DNA from: Thermoplasmatota archaeon
GTDB lineage: Archaea > Thermoplasmatota > E2 > DHVEG-1 > B18-G2
Direction: 5' to 3'
DNA length: 64,000 bases
Assembly: GCA_029259115.1 (NCBI GenBank)
Contig: JAPDJO010000028.1
Coordinates: 18,593 to 82,592, forward strand
The translations under genes and the position numbers were made by a program. Shown here piece by piece: positions 1 through 10,171 of the stretch. Under the pieces are notes generated by a model. That model ran no database searches and was not told the origin of the DNA. It saw only the letters and a program-made list of their open reading frames with translations. Position 1 is the stretch's first letter, and every line of letters begins with the position of its first letter.

Positions 1-7
1 GTTTCAT
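1..7 (-). CDS. 5' end of a gene running off the left edge of the window
   Basis: Minus strand reads AGGAGGTGAATATATG: strong archaeal SD followed by ATG at 7..5. Confidence 0.55.
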
Positions 8-31
8 ATATTCACCTCCTCTTTAGATCTC

Positions 32-50
32 AGAGAAAACAGTTTTCTCT
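32..50. promoter_or_regulatory. perfect 9-1-9 inverted repeat, candidate operator
   Basis: AGAGAAAAC-A-GTTTTCTCT between divergent genes, near a TATA element at about 70-79. Confidence 0.45.
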
Positions 51-99
51 ACTTAGGGTAACGGGATCTATATTAAATAGTTTTGTATATTGTCAAAGG

Positions 100-933
100 A
101 TGACCAGATTCACAGATATCTACCTCAGAAGGGTGTTCAAAACTATCGAGAAAAATAGGCTTGTAGAAAACAGTGATAGGATATTTGTTGCTTTAAGTGG
201 AGGAAAAGATAGCGCAAGCTGCCTCTACTGTGTTAAAAGATTCGCTGACGAAAGGAACATAGATTGCGAAATAAAAGGTTTTTACATCAACCTAGACGAT
301 TCTCCAGAAGTTAGAGAACCGATAAAGAGCTTAGTGGAAAAACTGGACATAGAGCTTATAGAGATCGAGCCTCCAGATATTCGTAAATACAGAGGCTCAA
401 GACCCATATGTAGCGTTTGTGGAATCGTAAAGAGGTATCTGATGAATAAAATTCCTAGAGAGAAGGGAGCGACAAAGATCGCAACAGGTCACAATATGGA
501 TGATTTTATTGTTTTCTTTCTTAAGAATCTGGTAGGAAAGAACTATTCATGGATATCGAATTTCAAACCAAAAGTGGAATCTACACATCCAAAGTTACTG
601 ACCAGAATAAGACCTCTCTTCAACGTCGGGAATAGAGAAGATGAGAGATTTTGTGAGGAGATGAAGATACCTTACACAAAAAAGCATATATGCAGATTTA
701 AAGCCAGGGAATGCAGTTACAACAGGAAGAGAGATAATTGGTACAGCACCCTATACGAGATAGAGAAATGGAATAAGAGTTTCAGACAACAGATGATATC
801 TGCAATAGAAGACGTATCAACACTTTTCAAGAAGGAGGAAGATTTGAAAGAGTGCTCCATCTGCGGAGAACCTAGCAATAAGGAGATATGCGCTTATTGT
901 AGAATATTTGGAGATGCCTCGGGAGGGATTTGA
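100..933 (+). CDS. TtuA/TtcA-family tRNA 2-thiolation protein (PP-loop)
   Basis: ALSGGKDS PP-loop, CSVC, ATGHNMDD, C-terminal CSIC...CAYC zinc finger. Confidence 0.85.
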   Translation: MTRFTDIYLRRVFKTIEKNRLVENSDRIFVALSGGKDSASCLYCVKRFADERNIDCEIKGFYINLDDSPEVREPIKSLVEKLDIELIEIEPPDIRKYRGSRPICSVCGIVKRYLMNKIPREKGATKIATGHNMDDFIVFFLKNLVGKNYSWISNFKPKVESTHPKLLTRIRPLFNVGNREDERFCEEMKIPYTKKHICRFKARECSYNRKRDNWYSTLYEIEKWNKSFRQQMISAIEDVSTLFKKEEDLKECSICGEPSNKEICAYCRIFGDASGGI

Positions 934-988
934 ACCCTCGACTTCACGGTCTTCAGCCGTGCACTCTCCCAGGCTGAGTTACCGAGGC
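915..988 (-). tRNA. tRNA-Phe(GAA)
   Basis: Reverse complement GCCTCGG...CACGG-CTGAAGA-CCGTG...GGTTCAAATCC...CCGAGGC-A folds as a cloverleaf; CCA not encoded. Confidence 0.95.
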
Positions 989-989
989 A

Positions 990-1331
990 TCAGGACAACA
1001 TATCGATTATGTTTTCAACTTCTTTATTTACATTATCAAGTGACTTTTTTAGATTTTCTATTACTGTTCTAAGCTTCTTTGTTGTAACAGCTCCTCTGGG
1101 AGATGGCTCTATAACGCCTTCCTGCTCGAGTACATGAAGGGAGTATCTTATCATGTGCTGTGGATACCCGGTCATCTCCGATAGCTTTATTATCCCTATA
1201 GGTTCATTTTTTATGACTAGATTGAGGATCTCAACGTGTCTCTTCAGAATGTCTACCTCGGATTCTATAACAGATGTTAATGTTACTTTTCCTCTCTCCT
1301 CTCTTTTAGTCCTCATCAAGCTTGCATACAT
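990..1331 (-). CDS. conserved archaeal winged-helix protein (putative transcriptional regulator); true start may be downstream
   Basis: RH..IL..V..NEPIGIIKLSE.TGYP.H.IRYSL.VLE.EG.IEPS..GA pattern of a wHTH family. Confidence 0.75.
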   Translation of the reverse strand: MYASLMRTKREERGKVTLTSVIESEVDILKRHVEILNLVIKNEPIGIIKLSEMTGYPQHMIRYSLHVLEQEGVIEPSPRGAVTTKKLRTVIENLKKSLDNVNKEVENIIDMLS

Positions 1332-1405
1332 GTTAGCATTTATATTGATTTCTATTTAGAATTTGGTCAAAAGTTTAATAAGTCCTCAAAACATTCAAAT
1401 TTTGG

Positions 1406-2704
1406 ATGTTAAAGAGGGAATTGAAAATTCTTCTCATAAGACCTGATAGTTTCTCTCTACGTGGTTTATTTGCCTTCAATTGGCCTCCATTAACTTTGTT
1501 ACAAATCGCAGCCGCCACACCTGAGGAGTACTCTGTTGAGATAATAGACGAATCCTTTGATAAAGTGAGATTTGATATAGATGTTGATCTTGTTGGCATA
1601 TCATTCGAGACATTGAATGCTCTAAGAGGTTATTGGATTGCTGACGAGTTCAGAAAGAAAGGTGTACCTGTGGTTATAGGGGGATGGCATGCTTCTGCTC
1701 TGCCTATGGAAGCAAAGGAACATGCAGATAGTGTTTACATTGGCGAAGCAGAAACTGGATGGAAAAATTTGTTGAAAGATTTTGAAAAAGGTTCATTGAA
1801 ACCTTTCTACAAATCAGATTTCGTAAAAGGGAAAGACATCCCTATACCTAGATACGATATTTTCGATAAAAGGCTATACGTGTATACTGTACAAGCAACT
1901 CGAGGATGTCCTTACGGTTGCGATTTCTGCAGTATATCAAACTCTCCGCTTGGAGGAAGAAAATACAGAACAAGACCTGTAGACATGATAATCAGAGAAC
2001 TCGAAAGGGTAAAACAAAAATTCGTTATATTTGTTGATCCATCGCTGAGCATAGACATTGCTTACACGAAGGAGCTCTTTAGAAAGATGTCAGATTTGAA
2101 TAAGCGATTTGCTTGTTTCGCAAACATCAATGTAGCTAATGATGATGAATTTCTAAAATTAGCAAGCGAAGCAGGATGTATAGCCCTCTCCATAGGTTTC
2201 GAAACTTTTTCAGAATCTGCAATGAGAGGATTAAAAAAATTACCTAAGGAGGTAGAGGTCTACCGGAAAGTTGTAAAAAAGATTCATGAGTATGGAATTG
2301 CTGTGCTGGGTTCTTTTGTTTTCGGTTTTGATGGCGACAAAAAGGATGTTTTTGAGAATTCTCTGAATCTAATGAGATACATAGATGTTGATTCAGTTGG
2401 AGTAAACATACTAACACCATTCCCAGGGACACCTTTATTCGACAAATTAGAAAGAGAAGGCAGGATACTAACTAAGGAGTGGTCAAGGTACAACATGAGA
2501 GATGTCGTTTTTCTTCCTAAGCATATGTCTCCCGAAGAGCTTAAGGAAGGAGCAAGCTATGTTGCAAAGGAGTTTTTCTCATGGAAGAATATCATAAACA
2601 AATTAATAACCACGATGAGGTATGGAATTTTGAGATCTTCATCCATAACATACTGGAACCTGGCACAGAGAAGAGCCTTTAAAAACATATGGAGATGGTT
2701 TTGA
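1406..2704 (+). CDS. cobalamin-binding radical SAM protein
   Basis: N-terminal B12-binding region (PPLTL, GGWHAS, GEAE), TRGCPYGCDFC radical SAM motif, TPFPGTPLF. Confidence 0.85.
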   Translation: MLKRELKILLIRPDSFSLRGLFAFNWPPLTLLQIAAATPEEYSVEIIDESFDKVRFDIDVDLVGISFETLNALRGYWIADEFRKKGVPVVIGGWHASALPMEAKEHADSVYIGEAETGWKNLLKDFEKGSLKPFYKSDFVKGKDIPIPRYDIFDKRLYVYTVQATRGCPYGCDFCSISNSPLGGRKYRTRPVDMIIRELERVKQKFVIFVDPSLSIDIAYTKELFRKMSDLNKRFACFANINVANDDEFLKLASEAGCIALSIGFETFSESAMRGLKKLPKEVEVYRKVVKKIHEYGIAVLGSFVFGFDGDKKDVFENSLNLMRYIDVDSVGVNILTPFPGTPLFDKLEREGRILTKEWSRYNMRDVVFLPKHMSPEELKEGASYVAKEFFSWKNIINKLITTMRYGILRSSSITYWNLAQRRAFKNIWRWF

Positions 2705-2749
2705 GAAACCAGAAACGATTTAAACAAAAAATCCTATTCATCTCTACTG

Positions 2750-4381
2750 TTGATAGAGATGGTAAACTATATAGTTGTTACAGGTGGAGTCATATCTGGA
2801 TTAGGAAAGGGCATAACTACAGCATCCATAGGAAAAATCTTGCAGTTTTACAATTACAATGTCACGGCAATGAAGATAGACCCCTACATAAACTATGACG
2901 CAGGTACGCTGAGACCTACGGAGCATGGCGAAGTCTGGGTTACTGAGGATGGTGGAGAAATAGATCAAGATCTGGGGCACTATGAAAGATTTTTAGATAA
3001 AAATATACCCAAGTATCATAACATAACCACGGGTCAGGTGTATTATGCAGTTATAGAAAAAGAGAGAAGAGGAGAATATTTAGGCAAAACTGTTCAACCC
3101 ATACCTCATGTTACAGATGAAATCAAATCTAGAATAAGGAGGGCAGCCAAGGAAAATGTGGATTTCGTTCTTGTAGAGATAGGTGGAACGGTTGGAGATT
3201 ACGAGAATGTTCTTTTTCTCGAAGCAGTGAGACAGATGAAGCTGGAAGGAGAGAAGGTTCTCTTTGTTCATGTTACCTACGTGCCATCGATATCGACTTT
3301 GGGAGAGCAAAAAACAAAACCAACTCAGCACTCTGTAAAACTCCTGAGAGAAATAGGGATACAACCTGATTTTATAATAGCTAGATCCGAGCAACCTATA
3401 GATGATGTGAGAAAGGAAAAGATAGCTCTCTTCTGTAACGTTCATGAGGAGGATGTCATAGCTGATCCAGATATAGATAACATATATGCTGTTCCCCTTC
3501 TTTTCGAGGAGCAGGATCTTTCAAAGAAGATTTTAGAGAAGCTAGGTTTAAAGGGAAGGAGGAGAGGAAAGAAATACAGAGAATGGAAAGATTTCATAGA
3601 AAAAATCAGGTCCCTGAAGGAAGAGGTTAAGATAGGAATAGTTGGTAAGTATTTTGATATAGGATCCTTCAAACTCTTTGACTCCTACATCTCTGTTATA
3701 GAAGCGGTGAAGCATGCATCATGGAAAAATGGTTTTAAGCCTAAGATAGAATGGATAGACTCAAAAGATTTTGAGAAGGATAGGAAGAAACTGAAGATCC
3801 TTGATGGACTTGATGGCGTGATAGTACCTGGAGGGTTTGGATTGAGTGGTATAGAGGGGAAGATACTAACCATAGAATACTGCAGAAAGAAGAACATACC
3901 TTATCTTGGACTCTGTTTAGGTATGCAACTAGCTGTCGTTGAGTTCGCAAGGAACGTGTGTAAGTTAAAAGACGCAAACTCTACAGAAATAGACAAGAAC
4001 ACTCCTCACCCAGTAATAACATTCCTACCTGAGCAGAAGAAGATACTCAAGGAATCGAGATATGGAGCAACTATGAGATTGGGATCATATCCAGCCCATC
4101 TCAAAAAAGGAACTTTGGTGTACAAGTTATATGGCAAGGAGATAGTTTATGAGAGGCATAGGCATAGATATGAAGTTAATCCCGATTATGTAGAGATACT
4201 TGAAAAACACGGACTCGTTTTCTCTGGAAAATCTCCTGATGGTAAGTTAATGGAATTTCTTGAATTTCCAAAGAACAGATTCTTTGTCGCAACCCAGGCG
4301 CATCCTGAATTCAAATCCAGACCCATGAAACCTTCTCCTCTATTTGATGGTCTAATAAAAGCTGCTAAAGGATTGCTATGA
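2750..4381 (+). CDS. pyrG: CTP synthase (start TTG 2750 or ATG 2759)
   Basis: VTGGVISGLGKG, KIDPYIN, KTKPTQHSV, GLCLGMQ, RHRHRYE, QAHPEF. Confidence 0.97.
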   Translation: MIEMVNYIVVTGGVISGLGKGITTASIGKILQFYNYNVTAMKIDPYINYDAGTLRPTEHGEVWVTEDGGEIDQDLGHYERFLDKNIPKYHNITTGQVYYAVIEKERRGEYLGKTVQPIPHVTDEIKSRIRRAAKENVDFVLVEIGGTVGDYENVLFLEAVRQMKLEGEKVLFVHVTYVPSISTLGEQKTKPTQHSVKLLREIGIQPDFIIARSEQPIDDVRKEKIALFCNVHEEDVIADPDIDNIYAVPLLFEEQDLSKKILEKLGLKGRRRGKKYREWKDFIEKIRSLKEEVKIGIVGKYFDIGSFKLFDSYISVIEAVKHASWKNGFKPKIEWIDSKDFEKDRKKLKILDGLDGVIVPGGFGLSGIEGKILTIEYCRKKNIPYLGLCLGMQLAVVEFARNVCKLKDANSTEIDKNTPHPVITFLPEQKKILKESRYGATMRLGSYPAHLKKGTLVYKLYGKEIVYERHRHRYEVNPDYVEILEKHGLVFSGKSPDGKLMEFLEFPKNRFFVATQAHPEFKSRPMKPSPLFDGLIKAAKGLL

Positions 4382-5475
4382 TCGAAGAATATACCATAGA
4401 AAGGATAAAATCCGATGTTTCAAGATACTTTCCATTTTATGAATTCAAGGTAGGAGCAGATGGTATAGTTTTCTTCTGCAACATTAGGGAAGAAACTTTA
4501 GATTATGACTTTGAAAGATTAAGAGAGATTCTTTCAGATTATGGTTTCGTTCCAATCTTGAGGAAGGAAGGCGGGGAGTATACCTTATATGTAGTAAAAG
4601 CTAAGAAAAGAAAGGAAGTCTCGATCTGGGTCAATATATCTCTTCTTCTAGCAGCGATCTTGACCACAACACTAACAGGTTCTCTATTGGTTTGTGGAAA
4701 GGTAAACATGTGGGAATCTGGAGCAATAAGCGAGATGTTGAAAATCAAAAACCTAACAAGCGGCTTCTTCCAGTTTTCACTTCCCTTATTAACGATACTA
4801 GGATTCCATGAGATGGCTCACTATTACGCTTCTAAACTTCATGGAGTGAGAGCCTCGTTACCATTTTTTATTCCAATACCTCCTATTCTGAATCTCAACA
4901 TAGGAACATTCGGTGCACTAATTTCAAGTAAAGATCCAATACCTAATAGGAAAGCTCTATTTGATATAGGCTTGTCAGGTCCTCTGGCTGGTTTTCTAGT
5001 GGCTATCCCCATATCGATATATGGAATCTTGAACTCCACCCCTATCCCAAGAGCAGAGGTATCTGGTCAAATGTTTCTGCAGCCCCCTCCTCTATTTTCC
5101 CTGATAATAGAAACCATGATGAATTTACCTCAAGACTATACCCTCCTCTTACACCCTACAGCCTTTGCAGGATGGGTTGGACTAATAGTCACGGCTGTCA
5201 ATCTCTTCCCTATTGGTCAATTAGACGGAGGACACATCGCCAGAGCCGTACTTGGTGATAATCAAAGATATATAGGCTGGTTCTCTGTGATATTCCTATT
5301 GTTTACCGGATGGTTTTTCTTTGCGATCCTCATAGCACTAATGGTAGGCATATACCATCCGCCTCCACTGAATGATCTAACTCAAGTGGATAGGAAAAGA
5401 AAGCTTCTTTTTATAGTAGCAATGGTTGTTCTTGCCCTCTGTTTTGCACCGTTTCCCATCTATCAATCAGAGTGA
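4378..5475 (+). CDS. site-2 protease (M50) membrane metalloprotease
   Basis: HEMAH zinc motif, NLFPIGQLDGGH, multiple TM segments. Confidence 0.9.
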   Translation: MIEEYTIERIKSDVSRYFPFYEFKVGADGIVFFCNIREETLDYDFERLREILSDYGFVPILRKEGGEYTLYVVKAKKRKEVSIWVNISLLLAAILTTTLTGSLLVCGKVNMWESGAISEMLKIKNLTSGFFQFSLPLLTILGFHEMAHYYASKLHGVRASLPFFIPIPPILNLNIGTFGALISSKDPIPNRKALFDIGLSGPLAGFLVAIPISIYGILNSTPIPRAEVSGQMFLQPPPLFSLIIETMMNLPQDYTLLLHPTAFAGWVGLIVTAVNLFPIGQLDGGHIARAVLGDNQRYIGWFSVIFLLFTGWFFFAILIALMVGIYHPPPLNDLTQVDRKRKLLFIVAMVVLALCFAPFPIYQSE

Positions 5476-5511
5476 ATCGTAACCATTTAATACCTTTTAG
5501 AGAATAACCAT

Positions 5512-5739
5512 ATGATGAAAACATACCTGAAGATCTTCTTTAACAGCGAGGGTGCATCGCCTTCAGAGGTAAAGGATCAATTGATGAACATGGGATTCAA
5601 GGCTACCTCTGGAAACTACGATTTCGTATACGACTGGGGAGAGAAAGATGTCAAGATAGAGGATCTAATCTGGTTCGCAGATAAGGTTCATTCCGTTTTA
5701 AAAGGTTTGAAGGTATACTTCTCGATAGAAACTATCTAG
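5512..5739 (+). CDS. small hypothetical protein
   Basis: TATA-like TTTAATA about 22 nt upstream; fills the gap between genes; protein-like composition. Confidence 0.7.
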   Translation: MMKTYLKIFFNSEGASPSEVKDQLMNMGFKATSGNYDFVYDWGEKDVKIEDLIWFADKVHSVLKGLKVYFSIETI

Positions 5740-6436
5740 ATCTAAGCTTTTCTATAATCTCGCTCATTATTCCCATCATAGTATGATATTCCAGTTCCGT
5801 GAGTTTTGCCCTACCCAAGGCTCTTCTGAACGTGATCTCTGCCTTTTCTCTCTTATGAGTAGGATAATTTATAAGGTCTAATACCTGATTGAAGAATTCC
5901 ACCATCTTTTTCTTTTCTGTTACACCAACATTTCTATCTTTTACCCTCCTGTCAAATCTGTAAGAAAACAATTCATAAAGAACTATACCGACCGCATGAG
6001 ATAGGTTAAGAGAAGGATATTCTTTACTAGTAGGTATGTTAACCAGTATATCGCACTTCTTTATCTCCTCATTGTATAGACCATAGTCTTCTCTTCCAAA
6101 AAACAAACCAACTTTTCCATTAAAGTCTTTCATCTCTTCTACGAACTCCTTCAATGTATACGCCTTCCGGAGGCATGCCTTTCTATGCTCTTCTATAACC
6201 GAAGTGGTCGCAACAGCTAGATCTACGCTCTCCAGGGCTTCATCAAAACTTTGGAAAATTTTGGCTCTGTCTAGAATGTCTTTAGCATGCATAGCCATAA
6301 CATATGCAGGATCATCTAATTTACAAGGATTAACAAGATACAATTCTGAAACACCAAAATTTTTCATACATCTAGCCACTGAACCTACGTTTCCACTGTA
6401 TTTAGGTTCAACTAATATGACACAGGATCTTAACAT
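5732..6436 (-). CDS. trmJ: TrmJ/LasT-family SPOUT RNA methyltransferase
   Basis: LVEPKYSGNVGSVAR.MKNFG, FGREDYGL, YPSLNLSHAV. Confidence 0.88.
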   Translation of the reverse strand: MLRSCVILVEPKYSGNVGSVARCMKNFGVSELYLVNPCKLDDPAYVMAMHAKDILDRAKIFQSFDEALESVDLAVATTSVIEEHRKACLRKAYTLKEFVEEMKDFNGKVGLFFGREDYGLYNEEIKKCDILVNIPTSKEYPSLNLSHAVGIVLYELFSYRFDRRVKDRNVGVTEKKKMVEFFNQVLDLINYPTHKREKAEITFRRALGRAKLTELEYHTMMGIMSEIIEKLRSR

Positions 6437-6816
6437 TATCTTAAACCTAACTTTTCCTCTTTTTCTCTAAGCATCCTTTCATACTTTTTCGGAAGTCTTT
6501 TAACTATAGATTCAAGCTCTGCTTTCTTCTTCACTAACTCTGATTTTCGATCTGTCTTTAACTCTTCCAACAGATATTTCCTCTTTTTGATGTAGTCATA
6601 GCTGTACCATCCTCCAACAAACAGCAGGACTATGCCAACCACTATAAGATAGTAATTCCAGTCACCAAAAAAGCTTGATAAGTTACTAGCTAAACCTAAA
6701 TCCGCTTCCCTGAAAAACAGCCATACTACGCTGGATACGAAAAAGATTATTCCAAGTATTAAGATTAGCAAACTCGCGGGCAATCTTATCTCTCTCCATA
6801 TCTTCAAGCGTATCAC
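6436..6816 (-). CDS. two-TM membrane protein (DUF3198-like)
   Basis: Two hydrophobic helices and a charged C-terminus; coupled to proS and trmJ. Confidence 0.7.
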   Translation of the reverse strand: MIRLKIWREIRLPASLLILILGIIFFVSSVVWLFFREADLGLASNLSSFFGDWNYYLIVVGIVLLFVGGWYSYDYIKKRKYLLEELKTDRKSELVKKKAELESIVKRLPKKYERMLREKEEKLGLR

Positions 6817-6818
6817 CT

Positions 6819-8240
6819 CTAATATGTCTTAGCCAATCTCACTATAGTGACTCCATTTTTATCACATGATGCACATTTGTCTTTGACCGTGATCCTGTCT
6901 AAAGGTTCTCCAAGTGTTTTCATGTCCAACTCCTCCTCCATCCTGATTGCGCAATCCTTATTTCCACACCATGGGAGTTCAACTATATATCCCTTATATT
7001 TTTTGGCTTCTTCAATATTTTTTACCCTCACTATATGCGACTCCATGAATTCCTTTGCTCTCTGGTAGATGGTTTCGCTCATCAGGTTGAAGGTCTTATT
7101 TAACTCGTCAACAAGATTCTCTTCTCTCACCTCTATTCTCTCCCCTGTATCTCTCCTCGCTATGACGACAGTCCCTCTCTCGATTTCTTTAGGACCTATT
7201 TCTATCCTAACAGGAACTCCTTTCAATTCCCAGTCATAAAATTTGCTTCCCGGAGTATCTTCTCTCTCATCAACCAGGCTCTCGATCCCCTCTTTCTTGA
7301 GTTTCTCATTTATCTCTCTGCACCTATCAATTATTTCCTTCTCTCTTCCTTTGAAAATTATAGGGATAATGACAACCTTTATTGGAGATATGACTGGAGG
7401 AAGAATCAATCCTTTATTGTCACCATGTATCCCAACAATAGCTCCAAGTATCCTCTCGCTCATACCATATGTCGTTTGGTGACAAAACTTGTGAGTGCCA
7501 TCTTTATCTTCGTATGTTATATTGAATGGTCGAGCAAAGTTATCTCTATACTGATGAATAGAACCTAATTGCAGGGTTCTCCCTGAAGGCATCAATGTGT
7601 CTATACTTATCGTGTAATAAGCTCCAGCGAACTTATCCCAGTCTGGTCTCTTGTTGAATATAAAAGGTATACATAGTTTTCTGAAGAATCTCCGAGCTGT
7701 ATCTTTGTATTCTTCTATCTGTTTTTCTGCATCCTCAAAATCTACATGGCATGTATGAGCTTCGAAGAAATGAATTTCCCTAACCCTTATGAAAGCTCTA
7801 GTTTGCTTGGTCTCGTATCTGAAAGTATTGACTATCTGGAATATCTTTAGAGGAAGATCAGAATGAGATCTTATCCATAGGGAGAATAGTGGATACATAG
7901 CTGTTTCTGATGTAGGCCTCAATAACCATTTTTCTTCAAGCTCATTATCGCCAGCATGTGTAACCCAGAATACTTCTTGAGAAAATCCCTCAATATGCTC
8001 TTCCTCCTTCTTGAAGAACGATTCGGGTATGAGTAGAGGGAAGTACACCTCTTTGTGATTTGTCGAAAACATCTCTTCTCTTATCATAGAGTCTATGTTC
8101 TGCATTATCTGCCAGCCGTGTGGCTTCCATACGTTCATACCCTTTATAGGGTATCTCTTGTCACAAAGATCAGCAAGCTCGACTATCTCGTTGTACCACT
8201 CGTGGAAGTCTTCCTCTTTTTTTACCTTGGTCTCGGGCAT
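6819..8240 (-). CDS. proS: prolyl-tRNA synthetase (archaeal type)
   Basis: RPTSET, FRYETK.TR.FIRVREIHFFEAHT, HQTTYGMSER, C-terminal zinc domain ending AKTY. Confidence 0.97.
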   Translation of the reverse strand: MPETKVKKEEDFHEWYNEIVELADLCDKRYPIKGMNVWKPHGWQIMQNIDSMIREEMFSTNHKEVYFPLLIPESFFKKEEEHIEGFSQEVFWVTHAGDNELEEKWLLRPTSETAMYPLFSLWIRSHSDLPLKIFQIVNTFRYETKQTRAFIRVREIHFFEAHTCHVDFEDAEKQIEEYKDTARRFFRKLCIPFIFNKRPDWDKFAGAYYTISIDTLMPSGRTLQLGSIHQYRDNFARPFNITYEDKDGTHKFCHQTTYGMSERILGAIVGIHGDNKGLILPPVISPIKVVIIPIIFKGREKEIIDRCREINEKLKKEGIESLVDEREDTPGSKFYDWELKGVPVRIEIGPKEIERGTVVIARRDTGERIEVREENLVDELNKTFNLMSETIYQRAKEFMESHIVRVKNIEEAKKYKGYIVELPWCGNKDCAIRMEEELDMKTLGEPLDRITVKDKCASCDKNGVTIVRLAKTY

Positions 8241-8446
8241 CCGAGAAGGAGAAGGGAATTTCTATAATTAAAACTAACGTTACGTTCCCCTACCGTGCTA
8301 AAAGGTAACCTAGGGAAAGATATCCAACCGGTTGTTTCCTTAGAGTAAGTTCGACATCCGTGTATATTGTTAGAAAAACAAAAAATCCATCTTGACCTTT
8401 TTGTCCAAAATCTCTATATCTTTCTTTTTCACACTATATCAAATCT

Positions 8447-9442
8447 TCACGATCCAAGGTTTCCTCCATGAGAGAAAATTTGACTGTGATTTCTAACAAC
8501 GGAAGACTTTTTCACGATATCTCTTAACAAACCAGATCTAAGAAGATTATCATTTTCTCTTCTGATGCTAGCAGACCCAGATTTGAACATCGTTCTCGAA
8601 ATCTTCTCAATAATCGGAAATGCTTTGAAGGGTCTCGTTTTTCTATTTTCTTTCAGGATTTTACTGTACAGATTTATCTTCCTTTGTTCTTCTTTTCCCA
8701 TATCTGGTATTAATCTTATCTTCGTTTTTGATGTGGTTGGATTATCTTCATCTACAGTGGTTTTATCAGATCCCTTTACATTTTTTGTTTTTACTGTAAT
8801 GGTTAAGTTTTTCCATTTCTCACATGTAATATTCACAGAATAATTCTCAGGTTCAGGATAGCCCATCCACGCCACGATCGTAAAATTTATTTTTAGGGTT
8901 TTGCCAGGCAAAATAGGTGCAAAACAAATTGTAAAAAATCTATTCTTATCTGTTGAATCAGTGGTATTATCTATCTGGACCCAACCGTTATATACGTACC
9001 CATCGAAAATAGGCGGAAAAGAAGGGCCCTCAAATATTGCAGAGAACCAAGTTCCCACCCAGTATGTTTCTCGAGATTCTCTATAATCAATGGCTGTTGT
9101 ATCCACATGTACCTTTAGTTTAGTGCATGGCTCGACTATTAACTCCTTTTTATAACTTACGTTTAAGTCAAGAAAGTAAGTATTGTCCTCATTGTACATG
9201 AAGGTAGTCCATATATCTATTATTTCTATCCATTTTGATGAAGAAGATTTCGGTGAAGAGGAGATCTTCTCCTGATAATAATCCTCTTGGGAATTATTTT
9301 GTTTTTCTTTTCTGTAAATCAGTTGATCTCGTTTGATGGATCCCTTTACATCATTTCCAGCCACTAATGGTGTGAAACTTGATAACAGGAATATTGCTAT
9401 GATCCCTGTCACGATTATTTCTCTCTTTGTCACATTTAGCAT
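8447..9442 (-). CDS. secreted hypothetical protein
   Basis: N-terminal signal-peptide-like segment, beta-rich core, several NxT sequons. Confidence 0.65.
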   Translation of the reverse strand: MLNVTKREIIVTGIIAIFLLSSFTPLVAGNDVKGSIKRDQLIYRKEKQNNSQEDYYQEKISSSPKSSSSKWIEIIDIWTTFMYNEDNTYFLDLNVSYKKELIVEPCTKLKVHVDTTAIDYRESRETYWVGTWFSAIFEGPSFPPIFDGYVYNGWVQIDNTTDSTDKNRFFTICFAPILPGKTLKINFTIVAWMGYPEPENYSVNITCEKWKNLTITVKTKNVKGSDKTTVDEDNPTTSKTKIRLIPDMGKEEQRKINLYSKILKENRKTRPFKAFPIIEKISRTMFKSGSASIRRENDNLLRSGLLRDIVKKSSVVRNHSQIFSHGGNLGS

Positions 9443-9928
9443 GTCTTTCCCTCTATCTGTTTCCCATATATAAACGAGAGTAGATTATATAAAATTATCT
9501 ATATTTGTCGAAAAAAATTAACCTCCAACCAGATATATAATCACCATGTAAGCATTGAGTCTAGGGACAATAAGCCGTGGTAGTAGGAAATGATATGTAT
9601 AGGATTGGAAAAAGTATAATGAAAAACCGGATAAAATGAGTGGTAGTAAGATCGGTAGAAAAATCCTCGAACCTTTATACGATACTTGCATTCTATCTAT
9701 GTAGGATATTGCGAAGTTAATTGTGGATGTTCCTTATAGTCGCAGTGCTTATGTAGCATACTTGAAGGTGGAACTCAGCTTATCTACAAATAATTTTGAG
9801 GTACCCTTTGAGATAATAATTGATGCTCTTCTTGTAATTTTTATTGTGCTTTCTCTAGTATTGTGTTTTATATATGCACTTTCTCCACTTTTAAAGTGCA
9901 GATACTATAAAAGTCATTTTGTACAGTA

Positions 9929-10078
9929 TCATGTTCCTCTACTCTCTCTAGCCTTTGGTCTTAGATCTCTAGACCTGCATCTTCTGCATTTTTCTGCTCT
10001 CATTGGATTAAGAGCTCCGCACTTCATACAAACTTTCTTCATCAGCAATCTTGCCTCAGCCTCTGGAAATCTTGCCAT
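9929..10078 (-). CDS. rpl40e: 50S ribosomal protein L40e (not in ORF track)
   Basis: Manual translation [49 protein letters not shown]; GGTG SD and TTTAAATA upstream. Confidence 0.95.
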   Translation of the reverse strand: MARFPEAEARLLMKKVCMKCGALNPMRAEKCRRCRSRDLRPKARESRGT

Positions 10079-10171
10079 AGTGACACCTTGCAAGGCTTAT
10101 ACCTATACTGTATTTAAATCTTTAGCCAGAACTTTTAGAAATCTACTTAAACCTCATTTTACTTAAACCAA

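Noticed and set aside
8270-8345. Short palindromes upstream of proS (AACGT-T-ACGTT, AACCGGTT)
   Set aside because: Too short to be significant; no T-box or other leader structure, and proS appears leaderless
9570-9715. GTGGTAGTA repeated twice and two tiny ORFs in the spacer
   Set aside because: Only two 9-nt copies; ORFs of 14 and 22 codons lack supporting signals
9723-10166. 147-aa + strand ORF with a hydrophobic stretch
   Set aside because: Its 3' half is antisense to rpl40e and its promoter; no recognisable family. A shorter membrane peptide cannot be excluded but is unsupported
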